NCBI GenBank assembly: GCA_039545335.1
Contig: BCIN01000003.1
Location: 806,001 to 870,000, forward strand
Reading direction: 5' to 3'
Origin: Kondoa subrosea
Lineage: Eukaryota
Length of the DNA stretch: 64,000 nt
Shown here: positions 38,997-50,343 of the stretch, one piece after another
How the letters are laid out: every line of letters starts with the position of its first letter
Numbering within the stretch: the stretch's first letter is position 1
Program-made: the position numbers and the translations under genes
Notes under the pieces: model-generated
Told to the model about the DNA's origin: nothing
The model's database searches: none
What the model saw: only the letters and a program-made list of their open reading frames with translations

Positions 38997-41558
38997 ATGG
39001 GCCGGAAACGAGCTACTAGGTAAGATGCTATAAAGTGACAAATGAAAGCAATGAGCTCAGACGCGCAAAATCCAGGCGAGCTCTGGTTGGAGATCCATTG
39101 CTATACACTATATCATGCTTTGTGCGTCTGTTACATGCATCGCAAGGCTTATGTTGAAGATTTGTGTTGTTACATAGGCCTCGCTTGGAGTGAGACACTC
39201 TTTCTGACTTCGTCTACTGTACTTACTGGATCAACAGGTTTTCCTCTTCGGTTATGATCAAGGTGCATAGCATGTTCTTGACCTCAGACTGTCCTGATTC
39301 AAGTTCCATGTTTGCACAGGCGTTATGTCTGGAATCATTACCGGCCCTTACTTTCGTTCTTATTTCATGAATCCAACGCCATACGAACTGGCGACAATGG
39401 TTTCAATATTAGAGATTGGCGCGTTCATCACAGCCCTGCTGGCAGGACATTGGGGTGATAAGTATGGGCGACGACGAACACTCTTTTGGGGAGCTACTAT
39501 TTTCACTTTTGGTGGAATCATTCAGGTTCGCGAGCATTGAAAGCATCATAGGAATCTCAATTGATGCTGGATGACAGACGCTAACGAATGGGTTCCCTAC
39601 TATGGTTTTCGGAAGGATAATATCAGGCTTTGGAGTTGGCTTTCTTTCGTCAGTAGAGTCGGATGCCACATCGGCTTGGAGCTGATGGCTCTCCTCATTC
39701 TCCTGACAGGATGATTGTTCCAGTTTACCAATCAGAAATCTCACCAGCGGAGAACGTAAGCAGCTGCTATCATCCTCTCATCCATTCTGATGATTTGTTC
39801 AGCGAGGAAAACTAGCCTGTATCGAATTCACAGGCAATATCATTGGCTACTCTTCTTCCATTTGGATCGACTACATGTGTTCCTTCATCTCCTCTGATCT
39901 AAGTTGGCGGATCCCTTTATCTCTCCAAGCAGTTATTGGTCTTTTCCTGGCTGTAGGTTCTTTAGCAATTCCTGAATCACCAAGATGGTTGTTGGATGTA
40001 GATCAAGATGAAGATGGAATGAGAGTGTTGGCTGATATTCATGGCATGGGTGATCCGGATGATGAAGCTGCCAAAGATGAATTCCGTTTGATCAAAGAAG
40101 GCGTTTTAGCGGATGTGAGTGGATGGCAATTCGGTCTAGCTCTATTTTGAGCTTGACCTTTCCCTTCCTTACAGAGAGCCGTTGGACCGAGATCGTACAA
40201 GATCATGTGGCAGAAATATAAAGGCAGAGTCTTGATCGCTATGTCTGCTCAAGCATTTGCACAATTGGTCCGTAAGGAGCTCGGACAATGCTGATAGTCA
40301 GCTGATCTGTGTTCGTTGTCGACAGAACGGTATCAACAGTGAGTAGGATGCTCTTCGTGACATGGCTGTATTGACCAGCCAAACAGTCATTTCCTATTAT
40401 GCGCCTCTTGTCTTTGAAGAAGCAGGCTGGATAGGGAGGTGAGGATTACTCCCAGTTTGAGCTATGGACAACGCTGACAATGTTTGTATATAGAGATGCT
40501 ATTCTGATGGTCAGCATTCCCGCTTGTAATGATGAAAGTACTGACGCTATTGTAGACTGGTATCAATTCCCTCGTATACGTAGCTAGCACAATCCCGCCA
40601 TGGTATCTAGTCGATGTATGGGGACGACGACCTATCGTGAGCTCTATTCTCGCATCCTTGTCGCAATCTGAGATCTCATTGGGTCGTACAGCTCCTGTCG
40701 GGTTCCCTTGTTATGGGCTGCGCTCTAGCAATGGTCGGCATGTTCATGTATTTGGACGAATCATACACCCCAGTTGCTGTGGTCGGGCTCGTCATCGTGT
40801 ATAACGCTGCATTTGGTTTCGTGAGTCATTCTTTCTCGTAAACAGGCGTGTGTACTGACTGTCTGCGTCTAGTCATGGGGACCGATACCTTGGTACAATT
40901 GCTCTCAGTATCTGCAGACGGTAGCTTATGTCTTACTCAGGCTCTTCCCGCCCGAAATCATGCCAACACCATACCGAGTTCGAGGTGTAGCTATCTCGAC
41001 GGCAACGAACTGGTTGATGAACTACATCGTTGGAGCAACGACACCTATATTACAAGTAACCATCAAGTGGAGAATGTATCCAATGTAAGACTCCAGTCTT
41101 GCTAGCTGCTTCCTGAAAAGCTGATGACGATACCGATTCTTACAGGTTCGCATTCTTTTGCTTGACAAGTTTCGTACTCGTCTATTTCACCTACCCTGGT
41201 TTGCTTTCCACATCAAAATTAATCAAGCTCTTCTGATTTCCTTTCGATAGAAACGCGAGGAGTAGCATTAGAAGATATGAGCAAATTGTTCGAAGACAAC
41301 ACGGACGATCTAAGAGAAGAAAGATTACCTATCGCCCGAGCAGCTTCACCTATTCCTTCTTTAGTCGAACCTCCACCAATTTCACCTTTACCAGAAACCA
41401 ATGTTTTAGGCTATCTCTTCGGAAGCGATATTGATGTTCAAGTAGATGGATCTACTAGTAGTGCTACAAATGGTAATGGATATAGTGCGGTCAAAGATGA
41501 GGAAGATGAAGGAGATGAAGAAAGAGGGAAATTGTTGAAACCTTCAGCTAGAGTGTGA
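38997..41558 (+). CDS. MFS sugar porter family transporter (about 17 introns)
   Basis: FLFGYDQG, GDKYGRRRT, VPVYQSEISP, SWRIPL, IPESPRWLL, AQL|NGIN|VISYYAP, DVWGRRP, SWGPIPW, P|ETRGVALE. Confidence 0.95.
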
Positions 41559-41744
41559 ATCGATTGTGTCTAGCTATCGTTATAGAGGTTTTTAGCATTC
41601 CATACTATTTATCCTCTCTTTAGACTTGCATGAATGAAGATCGAGAGATTATAAAGAAACGCGAGCATTACATTGCGAATGCTTGCATTGATGCAGATTA
41701 AGAAATACTAGTACAAGTTTAGGTCCATACATCACACAACAGTA

Positions 41745-42494
41745 TTAACGATGTAAGAAGTCAATGTGAATGTCGGCGCAAGCCATTGGGCGTTCGGGAG
41801 GTTGAGTGAATGCACGAGCTTGAACAGTGAATTTAGCTGTTCGTGAAAGATGCACTTAGCACAATACAGAGCTAAGATCAACTTCGGACGAACCTCGTGG
41901 AATCTCTCTTGGTAAATCTACAGCTTGTTCGATCGTGTATTCGCCAGGTGAGATAGGGCATTGAAGGGTAGCGTTAGCCTTAGCACTGTACGTTGCATGA
42001 TGCACAAATCAGTGATAGTCTGAAAGGTGCCTCTAACACGCACAGCTCTTCGCACACATCAAATCGCCTCGATAAGAGCTTGATCAGACCAAGCTTGACA
42101 ACAACATCCGCATATGCCCCTTCCTGTATGATGAAATGGTCCATCAACAGCTGATTGCTGTAATGATGACTTTGCATACCTCTACTAGCTCATGCACTGT
42201 GCCACTGGCCAGGATAGTCAACTTCTCGCCAGCTCTTGGAGGATCTGGTTTGACTTGAAGTGATTTGATAGTAATGACATCTCCAGGTTCGCCTGTTCAT
42301 CATGTGACAGGCACCATCAGAGTCCAACCTGATAGTAGCCAAAGCACAGACGAACCGCAATCATCGAATTCCCAAGTTGTACTCGCATGCACGCCGCCTG
42401 AAGAAAGAGACCAATCGGAGCCTCCTAGATTAGGTATCTGCAGAGCTTGCGCTGAGATGATTGCCAGACAGAGTAAAGTGAGAAGCTTCAACAT
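41745..42494 (-). CDS. NPC2: ML-domain lipid transfer protein (Npc2 / PG-PI transfer protein)
   Basis: Signal peptide, then WEFDDC, VKPDPPRAGEKLTI, EGAYADVVVKLGLIKLLSRRFDVCEE, QCPISPG, VDLPREIP. Confidence 0.9.
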
Positions 42495-42894
42495 GTTTGC
42501 CGTTTGAGAACAAGAGGAGTTCACGAAAGTGACGAATGCGGGTTGGTGCTCGACTGTCACCTGTTGTGGACTCTGCTCTTATGTTGTGCTACTGGGCTTC
42601 CAGAGCTTCGATCCCTTTGACTTCTTCCTGCGGCCATAAATCAGAGTGATCTGAATATGCAGCTTGAAAGTTGAGGGCTTTGACTCTTGAGGCAATATTA
42701 ATGTTGCCTGTCTATGCACGGCTGCGTGGCCTACATCCGAGGCCCGTAAACTGCTGTGAACATGCGAATTCTTTCTCTCCTTGCTGTCATTCATGTCCCT
42801 TTGTCTGATCAGAGCGATGCTTCTCACTTTTGCTATGAAACAACTTTCTTCGTTACTATCAGATCAATCCCATCGCTTTGTTTTCATCTCTATT

Positions 42895-43554
42895 ATGGGC
42901 ATAAATAGCAGAGCAGCAAGACTTGCAGCCTTCCCAACCCGGAAAGCCCAGAAACCTAAGCAAATCAGTCTGTCACTGGATAGTGTGAAGTATCAGCAAG
43001 GAACGGTCGTTGCTTGGCTTCTTGCAGATATGAAGAAGATCTACAAGAATAACCCAGTTGCTGCTACTTCAGTCCAAGAACAGTTCGAACAACGTTGGGC
43101 CTGGGAGGCTTATTCTCTGGCATCAAGACTACCTCTTGTCTCAGGTTTTGATCATACTTTCCCTGAAACGCAAATCAAGACTGAAGAAGCTAAACTTCGT
43201 ATTCATTTCCTAAGCGAAGTCTTCGATCTCTGCTGTTATCATTTCTTTCCCGATCAATATAGCAATGGCGTCTTCAAACAACTCTTATCTGAGCTCAAGA
43301 GAGGACTGAATGAACTCCCTCCAGAGACAGATGAAAAGGCAACAATGACAATTTACCATCAAGCATATGCGGCTGCTGTCCAGATCCCTCATTCAATTGT
43401 CATGCAAGCAAATCAAGTCCCTCATGTCAAAGCTGTTCTACCTGTACAGCAAATATATCCGACCACCGCTCATGCTCATCAAGTTACGGCCAAGCATGAC
43501 AACACTGCATCATCATCATTACTCCAGCACAACCGAAATGTTAAAGGCTGCTAG
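42895..43554 (+). CDS. Hypothetical protein
   Basis: Long uninterrupted ORF with protein-like composition. No family recognised; start uncertain. Confidence 0.45.
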   Translation: MGINSRAARLAAFPTRKAQKPKQISLSLDSVKYQQGTVVAWLLADMKKIYKNNPVAATSVQEQFEQRWAWEAYSLASRLPLVSGFDHTFPETQIKTEEAKLRIHFLSEVFDLCCYHFFPDQYSNGVFKQLLSELKRGLNELPPETDEKATMTIYHQAYAAAVQIPHSIVMQANQVPHVKAVLPVQQIYPTTAHAHQVTAKHDNTASSSLLQHNRNVKGC

Positions 43555-44198
43555 ATCGATTCTTGTGTTAATGCTAGCTATTCAATGTATTCTTTTCTCG
43601 TAAAACTTTAAACATTCGTTCATTTCTGCTACTCTCGCCTCGAATCTATGTCTCACTTGAATCTAGCCATATGCTGCCGCTTGACCTCACATCTCTGGCA
43701 TTATGCTTCACTGATCTCCTTGGTTCGCATCTAGGTAAAACATTTATGTCTTTTCCCTTCGTCTGGAACGACATTGACGCCATTTATCAATGCTGTATGT
43801 ATTTTACTTCCCATTCCCATTCATCTACCTCGACTTTTCCCAAACCAAATTCGCATTTTCCCTCCATTGCCTCAAGTCTCATACATCATTGCTTGCCTGA
43901 ACTCTTCGCCCGCAAGATTCAAAACTCTGCATTAAAGTAATCACCGATTACTCGTTACTTGAGACGATTCATAGTTTGGTCTTTGTGCTGTATACCGAAC
44001 AGAGCTGAGAATAAGGCAATGGAGTAGGCAACGATAAAGTGACAGAAAGAGTGAGACCAAGTAGAATGAGATACGAAGGAATGGGAGTTGAGACGACAGA
44101 CATAAATGTAGTGAAGCAGCTGCTGTAGAATTTAACAGTAGATGGCGGTTGGCGATGCGCTGGATAGAAAGGATCGCACAGCTAATGTCAAGTGATTG

Positions 44199-45323
44199 TC
44201 AAGGCGAAATGTTGTTCTTGAGCAGCGCGCTGGTACCAATTTTAACCGACATTCTAGGAGGAGGCAGATGAGCAGAAAGTACCTTAATCGCACGAACTTC
44301 TACATCATTGTATCGCATATTAATAAGCTCAATGTTGCGCTTTTTAACGCTTCTCCAGGCGGAAATAATGCTGCTCAGACTGGCCGCCGACAGATCCAGT
44401 GCTCGCACAATTCCCAGCAATTGAACTTTCGGGCTCAAATGCCAAAGTGTTTCTTCGCCTACAGCCCTTCCCGAAAGAAGTAAGACTTTCAGCTTCGGAA
44501 AGTGTCGGAGCCAGTCGACAGGCATTGGCGATTGTCCGCTATTGAACGTGCCTGAGAAGGAGAGTACTTCAAGATGGGGCGTTTGTCGTATCATGACAGA
44601 TAGAAAAGAGGTCTGATTGAGACCAGAGCAGAATTCCATCTTGAGCTCCCGCAGTGACTCGCCCATGTTTGAATACAGCCACGCAGCGCTGCCATTGTTG
44701 AAAGAGCATGTATCAAATTCTAATGTTTCCCATGGTGGAGCAGTCGTTGTATTCTGTACTATGCTAGTCGACAGTTCCGCGAATTCATTTAATGTGACAG
44801 AACGCAAAGTTGCGGTTGATAGCAAGAACGCCAGGTCTGAGAGGTCAAGACGCTTCCAGCACCCCACAGCTCGATACGCACCACTCAGAACAAGCTCCCG
44901 CAAGTTTGGCAGCTGAACGATACCACCTAAGAGATCTTGGCTCAAATGGAGAGGAACAGGAACTTGATAGAGACGTCTCAAGTTGCACAACAGAGGTATT
45001 AAGAGTGTCAACGAGCTTCCTGCATATTCACATTCGGCTGGCTGAGCCCACTGATCGAGAGAGAAGTTGAGGTCGCGGATCCAGCTTGTTCGCTCTGGTT
45101 TAGCCAGAATAGCTGCTAAGACTTGCACAGCCTGGAGAGGGTACCAAAGCCATATCTCTCCAAACAACAGTGCGCCGGAACTTGCTGCATGAAATTGTTT
45201 GCTGACAGTCAGACAGCTGAACAAGTCGTCAGAACCCACGAGGTGAGCCAGCATGTTCTCCAGGACTTCCGCAGGCATCTTGTCTATGTAGCAATCGGGT
45301 GAATCGCTCGACTCGAATTCCAT
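44199..45323 (-). CDS. F-box / LRR protein
   Basis: IDKMPAEVLENMLAHL...CLTVSKQFH...LLFGEI...KPERTSWIRDL plus LRR repeats. Probable terminal intron after RAIK, so the true end is approximate. Confidence 0.85.
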   Translation of the reverse strand: MEFESSDSPDCYIDKMPAEVLENMLAHLVGSDDLFSCLTVSKQFHAASSGALLFGEIWLWYPLQAVQVLAAILAKPERTSWIRDLNFSLDQWAQPAECEYAGSSLTLLIPLLCNLRRLYQVPVPLHLSQDLLGGIVQLPNLRELVLSGAYRAVGCWKRLDLSDLAFLLSTATLRSVTLNEFAELSTSIVQNTTTAPPWETLEFDTCSFNNGSAAWLYSNMGESLRELKMEFCSGLNQTSFLSVMIRQTPHLEVLSFSGTFNSGQSPMPVDWLRHFPKLKVLLLSGRAVGEETLWHLSPKVQLLGIVRALDLSAASLSSIISAWRSVKKRNIELINMRYNDVEVRAIKVLSAHLPPPRMSVKIGTSALLKNNISP

Positions 45324-45453
45324 GACTGTAGGTCGCGGTATGCGGAAAACAGCATTTCGACATAAAGTTAATGCATGCTTTGTTACAAAGATTGCTACAC
45401 ATATACAATACAACTCGCCGTACAACCTATGCTTCTGATGTTACACCTATTGC

Positions 45454-48400
45454 TCAATCTTCGTCTTCTTCGGGAAGACCACCTCTGTGCTTCATGGCTT
45501 CTATGAGACTCCCAAGCCTGTCCTTAATCAGTGCAAGCCTGAAAGAAAAGGAAGGAGAACTTACACGAGCCAGGAGAAAGATCGTGCACCAAATTCAGGC
45601 GCTTTTTTACAAGCAATACTCCATGCAGCGAATGCCCGTTCAACCCATCTTTCGCGAGGTTCTACTAGCGTTGCCAAGACACATTCGGTTACGTTTTCTG
45701 TCTGTTCGCGAAGATTGGCAACCGCATCTCGTTTCCGCTTGATTTGCGCATCTGAGTAAGTGATAAGACCCACGAAAGCTTCTTCTTCTGTCAATGCTCG
45801 ATCGTGCCGACGAGAGATAGAGTTATTTGCACATATAGTAGCCAGTTCATTCTATCAAAGTAGTCAGAGAACATTTTTGTCGATCACAGCCAACTCACAG
45901 CGTAAGCTTCATAAAGATCTGACATTTCAGCTTCTTCTGCCTTGTTTGGTTCACATTGTATTCTCATTATCTTCATATGTTCTTGTATAGCTGATTGGAC
46001 ATTGGGTATTATGGATTGTGTTGGGACAACATTCTCGAAGACAGATCCGTGTCTTTCGAAGCGATTCAGTCTTGCTTTATTAGGTCGACGTTGGTAGTCT
46101 TGAGTCTCTTTCAGGTCAACAGCTCGAAAGAGTTCACCTAGTATCCTTGTGCTTGGGTAATATTTGGCATCGAGAGCTTTCCTGGTTGCTCCTTCTGGTG
46201 AAAGGAAATCGGGTTTGCGGAATTCAGTTGGGCGAGGGAATAGACTTGAGTCGACTGGTATGCCTGTCTTTTGGAAATCGACTGATTGTCTGCATCAACA
46301 GAAAGTCAGCTTGCTTTGTGGTGCTATTCAGGGGGCTTACGAGTGGTATTGTGCTAGTAATATGCAATTGTATGATTTTGTGCCCTCTTGCGATTCGTCC
46401 GCAAGGCGTCTGTGAAACCCTTCGTTAGCTTGTACTCACCACGGAGTTGAGAATGCTGACAAGTGTAATGTTCTAGATACATTTGAGTCAATCGCGACCC
46501 AGTATACAACGAAGAATTTACTTACGAGACAAGGCCAGTTACATCGTTCTCGATGAAATCGATGACAAAGTCCTAGGCGTACAAGAATGAACAAAACAGA
46601 ATTAAGGTCTCAGTGCAATGTACCGCTATGTCATCGATGGTAGCATGCCATGCTAGTTCTTTGATCGGCGAAGCAGAATACTCTGCTGGATTTATGTTCT
46701 CTTTCGGCAACAGATTTGGGTCGAGCAGGATGTTGTATCTGAACAGAACATTAGACAAGTACAGGAAGGAACTCATAGCACTTACAGATCGCCATCAAGA
46801 TCACCTCCAGCAAGCATGGATGGCAAAGATCGTTGCCCTGTAACTTTCAATTCAGCAAATTACACGCAGACCTGAGATTTCTTACCTTGAATCGAGAACA
46901 CCACGACATTGGGAGGATACACGAGGTCTCTACTCATGAGCTGCAAGTCGCGATCTTCCACACCCCTGCATATCTGTATATCACCCGGATGCAGGTTAGG
47001 TGAGCGAGAGACAGCTAGCCGACCAGTGAGACATGTTGTAGGCTGACCACGCTTCTCGATCCGAGCGTATATGCAGCCCTCAGGTATGATGTTATATTCG
47101 TCCGCTATTCCGACAAGAGTATAACCAAGTCGAACAGGTATTCGAGCTTTGTGTTTCAGCCTTAGCAAAAGATCAGTAAAACATCTGAATGTTCAACAGC
47201 CAAAGACTGACTGTTTGAGAACATCTTTGACACCTAGAGCAATAACAGCTTGAATGAAATCGTCTTCTACTCGTGCTTTCATTCCATGATTCGTGAGATG
47301 GAGGAAATCGTGAATGCGTCGAAACAAATACGGCCTTCAATACATTCAGAACTTGGAATAGTGTTTGGATCAAACATCTTACAGACGATAGCTTTCGCCA
47401 TAACCGTTCATTTGAAACATCTTAGCAGCAACCAGGATGTTGTATTCTGCAGCTCGCGCATTCTCGATCCTGCCACTACAATCAGCAAGTAAGTTCACAA
47501 CATTTTTTTGCTCGAGCTCACTCGGTCCGCTGCATGTCTAGAATTATCTTTGGATCAACTTTCAGATCTTCGAGTATTTTGATAAGTGGTCGATTAAGAA
47601 AATAAGGTAAAGGTTTGGTAAAGATAGAGCAGACTTCCACATCCCGAGAATGAGCCAAGAATTTCTCTTGAGACGGTCTGAGGACAATAACATGTCCTTC
47701 TAGAGTAGTATCAACCGACATGACACCTTTAGCTCCTCCAATCCGCATTTGACACGTAGCGAGACTGTTGAGTTCTGCTGTTGATTTATTGTATTTCGTA
47801 TGTAGAGAAGTTCCTATTGCTCGAGCGACACTTTTCGACATTGCTCCACATCCATCAGTAAACAGGTTCTTGCCAATTGCAATGTCCGGACGACGAAGTA
47901 TTTGATGTTCTTCCAAAGTGATGGATTTCTCAGTTGAAGAGAAAGCTTGTGACAGCCGGGCTCCCAAACGGGCTGGCTGATGTATGAGTTTGGTGAAGTC
48001 GCCCAATGAGTTTCGAATGGCGTCTGCATTCAGCTCGCCATACTTTTCGTGCGTAAAAGGCCGACAGAAATAGACAGTGTGTTCTCTACGGGATTGTCAG
48101 CAAGTACTCGGACAATTTGCAACAGAAATTATGAAGACTTGCCTCAGAGCAGAATTGGAGTAAGCAAGGAATTCGTAATGTTTTCCACCTATATCGAAGC
48201 CTCTTTTCAGAATAGTGCCAAATCGATCGTGGAGAAAGATCTTGGAATCGACATGGCGATTTGGCCGATATATTAGCTGATCTTCCTGTGAAATACAAAA
48301 ACTGCATTTAGCTTCAAAAAGAGACGTCATCCTGAATTAAATGACCTCTGCAAATGTAACTCTCAGGAAGCAATCCAGATGATCCTCATACCGACGTAAA

Positions 48401-49915
48401 ACTCTATTCGATTGCTCCAAAGTTGGGCCTTGCAGGAATCGACCAACCGGTGTGAAAGTAATATGATGAAGTGGTACTCTGTTTGGTTGCACTTTCCTTC
48501 TCTTGAATCGGAATGTCTGAACTGCTTCCGTCAATCGATCGTCCAAGATCTTCTTCAATTGGTTAACAATACTTGGTTCTCTTTTGCTTTCGGGTTGATA
48601 GCGTTGACGTTCTTCTATTTGAGCTACTGTTCTCAACGCATTGACTATTCCTTCATCATCGTGTACCAATCTAGCTTCCATGAGAGTGTCTTTGATGGAT
48701 AAGATCTCTTCTGGGTGCAGTATTCCGTTCGAAAGGAGCATGTCGATTTGAAAAGCTAGAGGCCAATCTAGCCGAGTTTGCCATTCTAGAACTTGTTTGA
48801 TCTTATGTGGTGCATAAAGTAGTCGTTGTCTTCTTGCTTTGACGGGCTGTTGAGCTGGTAAAATGAAGCCAACTTCTTTGCAGGACATAAGAAAGTGTTC
48901 GTACTCGCGTTTGGAGTTGAAGCATATCCGAAAACATCGACCTGTTCTTCTGAATCAGACATAGCTCGCAGTGAACATACCATCGTCAGGACGAACTGAT
49001 CCAAGGTGCAATAGCTTCATGAGCTTGATCCATTCCGCGCATCCGCACTCTCAGAGGATCATCACCATGTTCTTCCTGATCAAAAAATTGTCTTTCATCA
49101 TGCAAAGGTTCTTCCGCTCCAGAATACTCAAAAGAAGGTGCTTCGCTCAAAAACAAGAAAACAGCCAAACTCTTCTCATCCGCTATAAAGACTTCTGTGC
49201 TGAAAGGCTGAATCACAGCATGAGGTCCCTTTTTCCACATGAAGAGTCTCAAGTTGTTGAAGAACGCATCGAACAAAGCTTCACCATGTTTGGTTTCTCT
49301 TGACCATTCAATACTGAAAACTCCATCTCGACAATAGAAACCAATATCGATAGATTTGATAGAGACTGGTAATGCTAGATTGGCTACGTGCCCAAGTCGA
49401 GCTCGACGAATATGAGGTTGTTCATAAGCATGCGTAGTAAGTTCTTCTTCCAACGAAGGGTCCAGCTGTCTCGTCGAGTATGAAGAGTGAGTAAGAGACA
49501 ATACAAAGACGAAGACATACAGGTTCACGACCTTTTCGAAGCTGAATTATACCAACTACTCCAGGTAAACGTAATGAAGCATGTCGTTTGATCAGTTCTT
49601 TGGCCATTGCTTCATACGGGATCTGTCGCATCACATTCAGCGAATGATAAGAACATTTTGGAGCGAACCTCACACTGATGATGCCTGTACCTTTGGGCCG
49701 CATAGATCTTGGGTAAAGATGAAACTTCAACCTGAAATTGGTTTGAAGACCAGATCCGCCTCCGTAAGCTCGAAGATCATGATGCAAGATATGTGCAATA
49801 GCGGATTCTCTGGGTTCAAGCAATGAGATGCCATTCTGAATAGCTCATGGGGAATGCAGACGCACAAACGAGCTTCATCTACTCCTTGCGGAATGTTGGC
49901 GACGAAGACGTTCAT
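45454..49915 (-). CDS. Cellular RNAi RNA-dependent RNA polymerase
   Basis: SNRVLRRY, FLAYSNSALR|EHTVYF, ARLSQAFS, FTDGCG, QMRIGGAKG, LNRPLIKILE, SRSPNLHPGD and catalytic LAGGDLDGD. RRM-like N-terminus; the junctions checked splice in frame. Confidence 0.96.
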
Positions 49916-50343
49916 AGCAGTTCCGAGCAATTACACAGGCATACAGCTCTTGACAATGATAGAACCAAGGGAATTATGCAAGGTAGAGCTTGTACTAACT
50001 CGCGCTGGATTTGCTTCTAAGATGAGTCTGGTGTACAGCGGACTGCTATAACGAGGCTTTGGGATGTCCAGCTGCAGTTGAGAAGGAGGAGGGATTCAAA
50101 TCAAATGGCTATCTGGAACACGTGACTGATTTCGAAAACAATAAAGTCAAAAGCTACAAACATAGCGCGGTAATAGCTCATAGCCGAGGGCTAGAGTTCA
50201 CCCAGGCCAAAGACTCTTCTCTTCCTGGCCTTTATTCTTGTGCTGATCTCTCCCTTCTCATACTCGTAAGTCATCAAGCCTCACCGCCCATTCTGCTAAG
50301 ATTGCTTATTCACTCCCCTTCTTAGCATCTAACCATATTCAAC

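Noticed and set aside
47385..47395. Apparent premature stop in the RdRP (YRL*)
   Set aside because: The TAA lies within a GTAAGA intron donor; splicing restores RLPYLFRR and the downstream LKHKARIP frame.
45454..49915. RdRP as an endogenous viral element
   Set aside because: It has the cellular DLDGD motif and many spliceosomal introns, not a viral GDD-type polymerase.
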